A stretch of 64,000 nt of DNA from Squalus acanthias (lineage: Eukaryota). The notes under the pieces were generated by a model, which saw only the letters and a program-made list of their open reading frames with translations, did not search any database and was not told the origin of the DNA. How positions within the stretch are numbered: position 1 is the first letter of the stretch; the number at the start of each line of letters is the position of its first letter. Below, one piece after another: positions 62,590-64,000 of the stretch. The stretch is taken from positions 107,448,001 through 107,512,000 of the forward strand of contig CM059432.1 of the NCBI GenBank assembly GCA_030390025.1, in the 5' to 3' direction. A program made the translations under genes and the position numbers.

Positions 62590-63270
62590 AGAGGAGATCA
62601 CCTCTTCTAAGTTACCACTGGATCCCTAAGGATCTATCCTTGGCCCCTTTCTATTTCTCATCTACATGCTGCCCCTCGGCGACATCATCTGAAAACACTA
62701 ATACAAAAGCAAAATACCGCGGATGCTGGAAATCTGAAATAACAACAGAAAATGCTGGAAACATTTTGCCTTTCCTCCCCTACTCCTCCTCCTGTCCCTG
62801 CCCCTACACTTGCTTAAAAATCTGTTACCTCTCTAACTGTTTCCAATTATGACAAAGGGTCATTGACCTGAAACGTTGACTCTGTTTCTCTCTCCATGGA
62901 TGCTGCCTGACCTGCTGAGTGTTTCCAGTATTTTCTGTTGTTATTTCATTTGAAAACACTTCAGATTCCACATGTACGCTGATGACACCGAGCTCTACCT
63001 CACCACCACCTCTCTCAACCCCTCCACTGCATCTGATTTGTCGCGCTGCTTGTCTTGTCCGACATTCAACATTGGATGAACAGAAATTTCTTCCAATAAA
63101 ATATTGGGAAGACTGACGTCACTGTCTTCGGCCCCCACCACAAACTCTGTTCCCTAGCCACAGAATCCATCCCTCTCCCTGGGAACTGTCTGAGGCTGAA
63201 CCAGACTGTTCGCAACCTTGGTGTCGTATGTGACCCCGAGATGAGTTTCCGACCACATATCCTCTCCATC
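62590..63270 (+). mobile_element. L2-clade LINE RT fragment
   Basis: GSILGP...FLIYMLPLGDII / FHMYADDTELYL / VRNLGVVCD. Confidence 0.8.
62700..62950. mobile_element. Penelope-derived short fold-back element with 10-bp TSD inside the L2
   Basis: TSD tgaaaacact at 62690-62699 and 62951-62960; short inverted left arm plus forward pLTR with a decayed hammerhead. Confidence 0.8.
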
Positions 63271-64000
63271 ATATGGCAGGGGAATGGGAACCTATGTAGC
63301 GAAACAGGGGGAAGTAATATGCAGTCAGAAACAAATGTTAGAAGGGTGAGAAACAATAGGGGAAGGCCGAGTAAACAAAGGCAAGAAACACAAAGGGCCA
63401 TACTAAATCATAAGTCTAAAAGGACAAAGGATGTTAATAAAACAAGCCTAAAGGCTCTGTGTCTTAATGCAAGGAGTATCCGTAATAAGGTGGATGAATT
63501 GACTGTGCAAATAGATGTTAACGGATACGATGTGATTGGGATTACAGAGACGTGGCTCCAGAACAATCAAGGCTGGGAACTGAACATCCAGGGGTATTCA
63601 ACATTCAGAAAGGATAGAATAAAAGGAAAAGGGGGTGGGGTAGCATTGCTGGTTAAAGAGGAGATTAATGCAATAGCTAGGAAGGACATCAGCTTGGAGG
63701 ATGTGGAATCAATATGGGTTGAGCTGCAGAACACCAAAGGGCAGAAAACGTTAGTGGGAGTTGTGTACAGACCTCCAAACAGCAGTAGTGAGGTGGGGGA
63801 GGGTATGAAACAGGAAATCAGAGGTGCGTGCAAAAAAGGCACGGCAGTTATCATGGGTGACTTTAATATGCATATAGATTGGGCTACTCAAACTGGAAGC
63901 AATACGGTGGAGGAGGATTTCCTGGAGTGTTTAAGGGATGGTTTCCTAAACCAATATGTTGAGGAACCAACTCGAGGGGAGGCCATCCTGGACTGGGTGT
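63271..64000 (+). mobile_element. CR1 LINE ORF2 5' part (runs off the window), near-identical to 7197-7920 (minus)
   Basis: MQSETNVRRVRNN...LNARSIRNKVDEL...ITETWL...MGDFN; few differences from the copy at 4841-8406. Confidence 0.93.

Overview
This is eukaryotic, vertebrate DNA. The repeat families suggest a cartilaginous fish, probably a shark (inference). The window holds the 5' part of a collagen XV alpha-1 gene (COL15A1, multiplexin) on the minus strand. Four phase-compatible coding exons can be read with their splice sites: a signal-peptide exon with an unusually long S/T/P-rich extension (51680-52055/52074), the TSPN/laminin-G exon (36727-37274, 548 nt), a 75-nt exon (22626-22700) and a Ser-Gly-rich 99-nt exon (22425-22523). 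Most of the rest is intron packed with often nested transposons. These include about a dozen CR1 LINE pieces (one with an almost intact ORF2), an RTE LINE, L2 fragments, two tRNA-derived SINE families, a decayed two-gene PIF/Harbinger transposon with many MITE derivatives, hAT MITEs, and a Penelope GIY-YIG fragment. The most interesting signals are: (i) short Penelope-derived fold-back elements with target-site duplications that carry a minimal hammerhead ribozyme motif, with apparent stem-I covariation between copies; (ii) the extended N-terminal COL15A1 exon, reminiscent of the longer COL18A1 isoforms; and (iii) a ~1.5-kb array of a palindromic ~26-bp unit held between short terminal inverted repeats. 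No CRISPR or prokaryotic system is supported. Repeat boundaries were placed by eye and are approximate unless a TSD or TIR is quoted.
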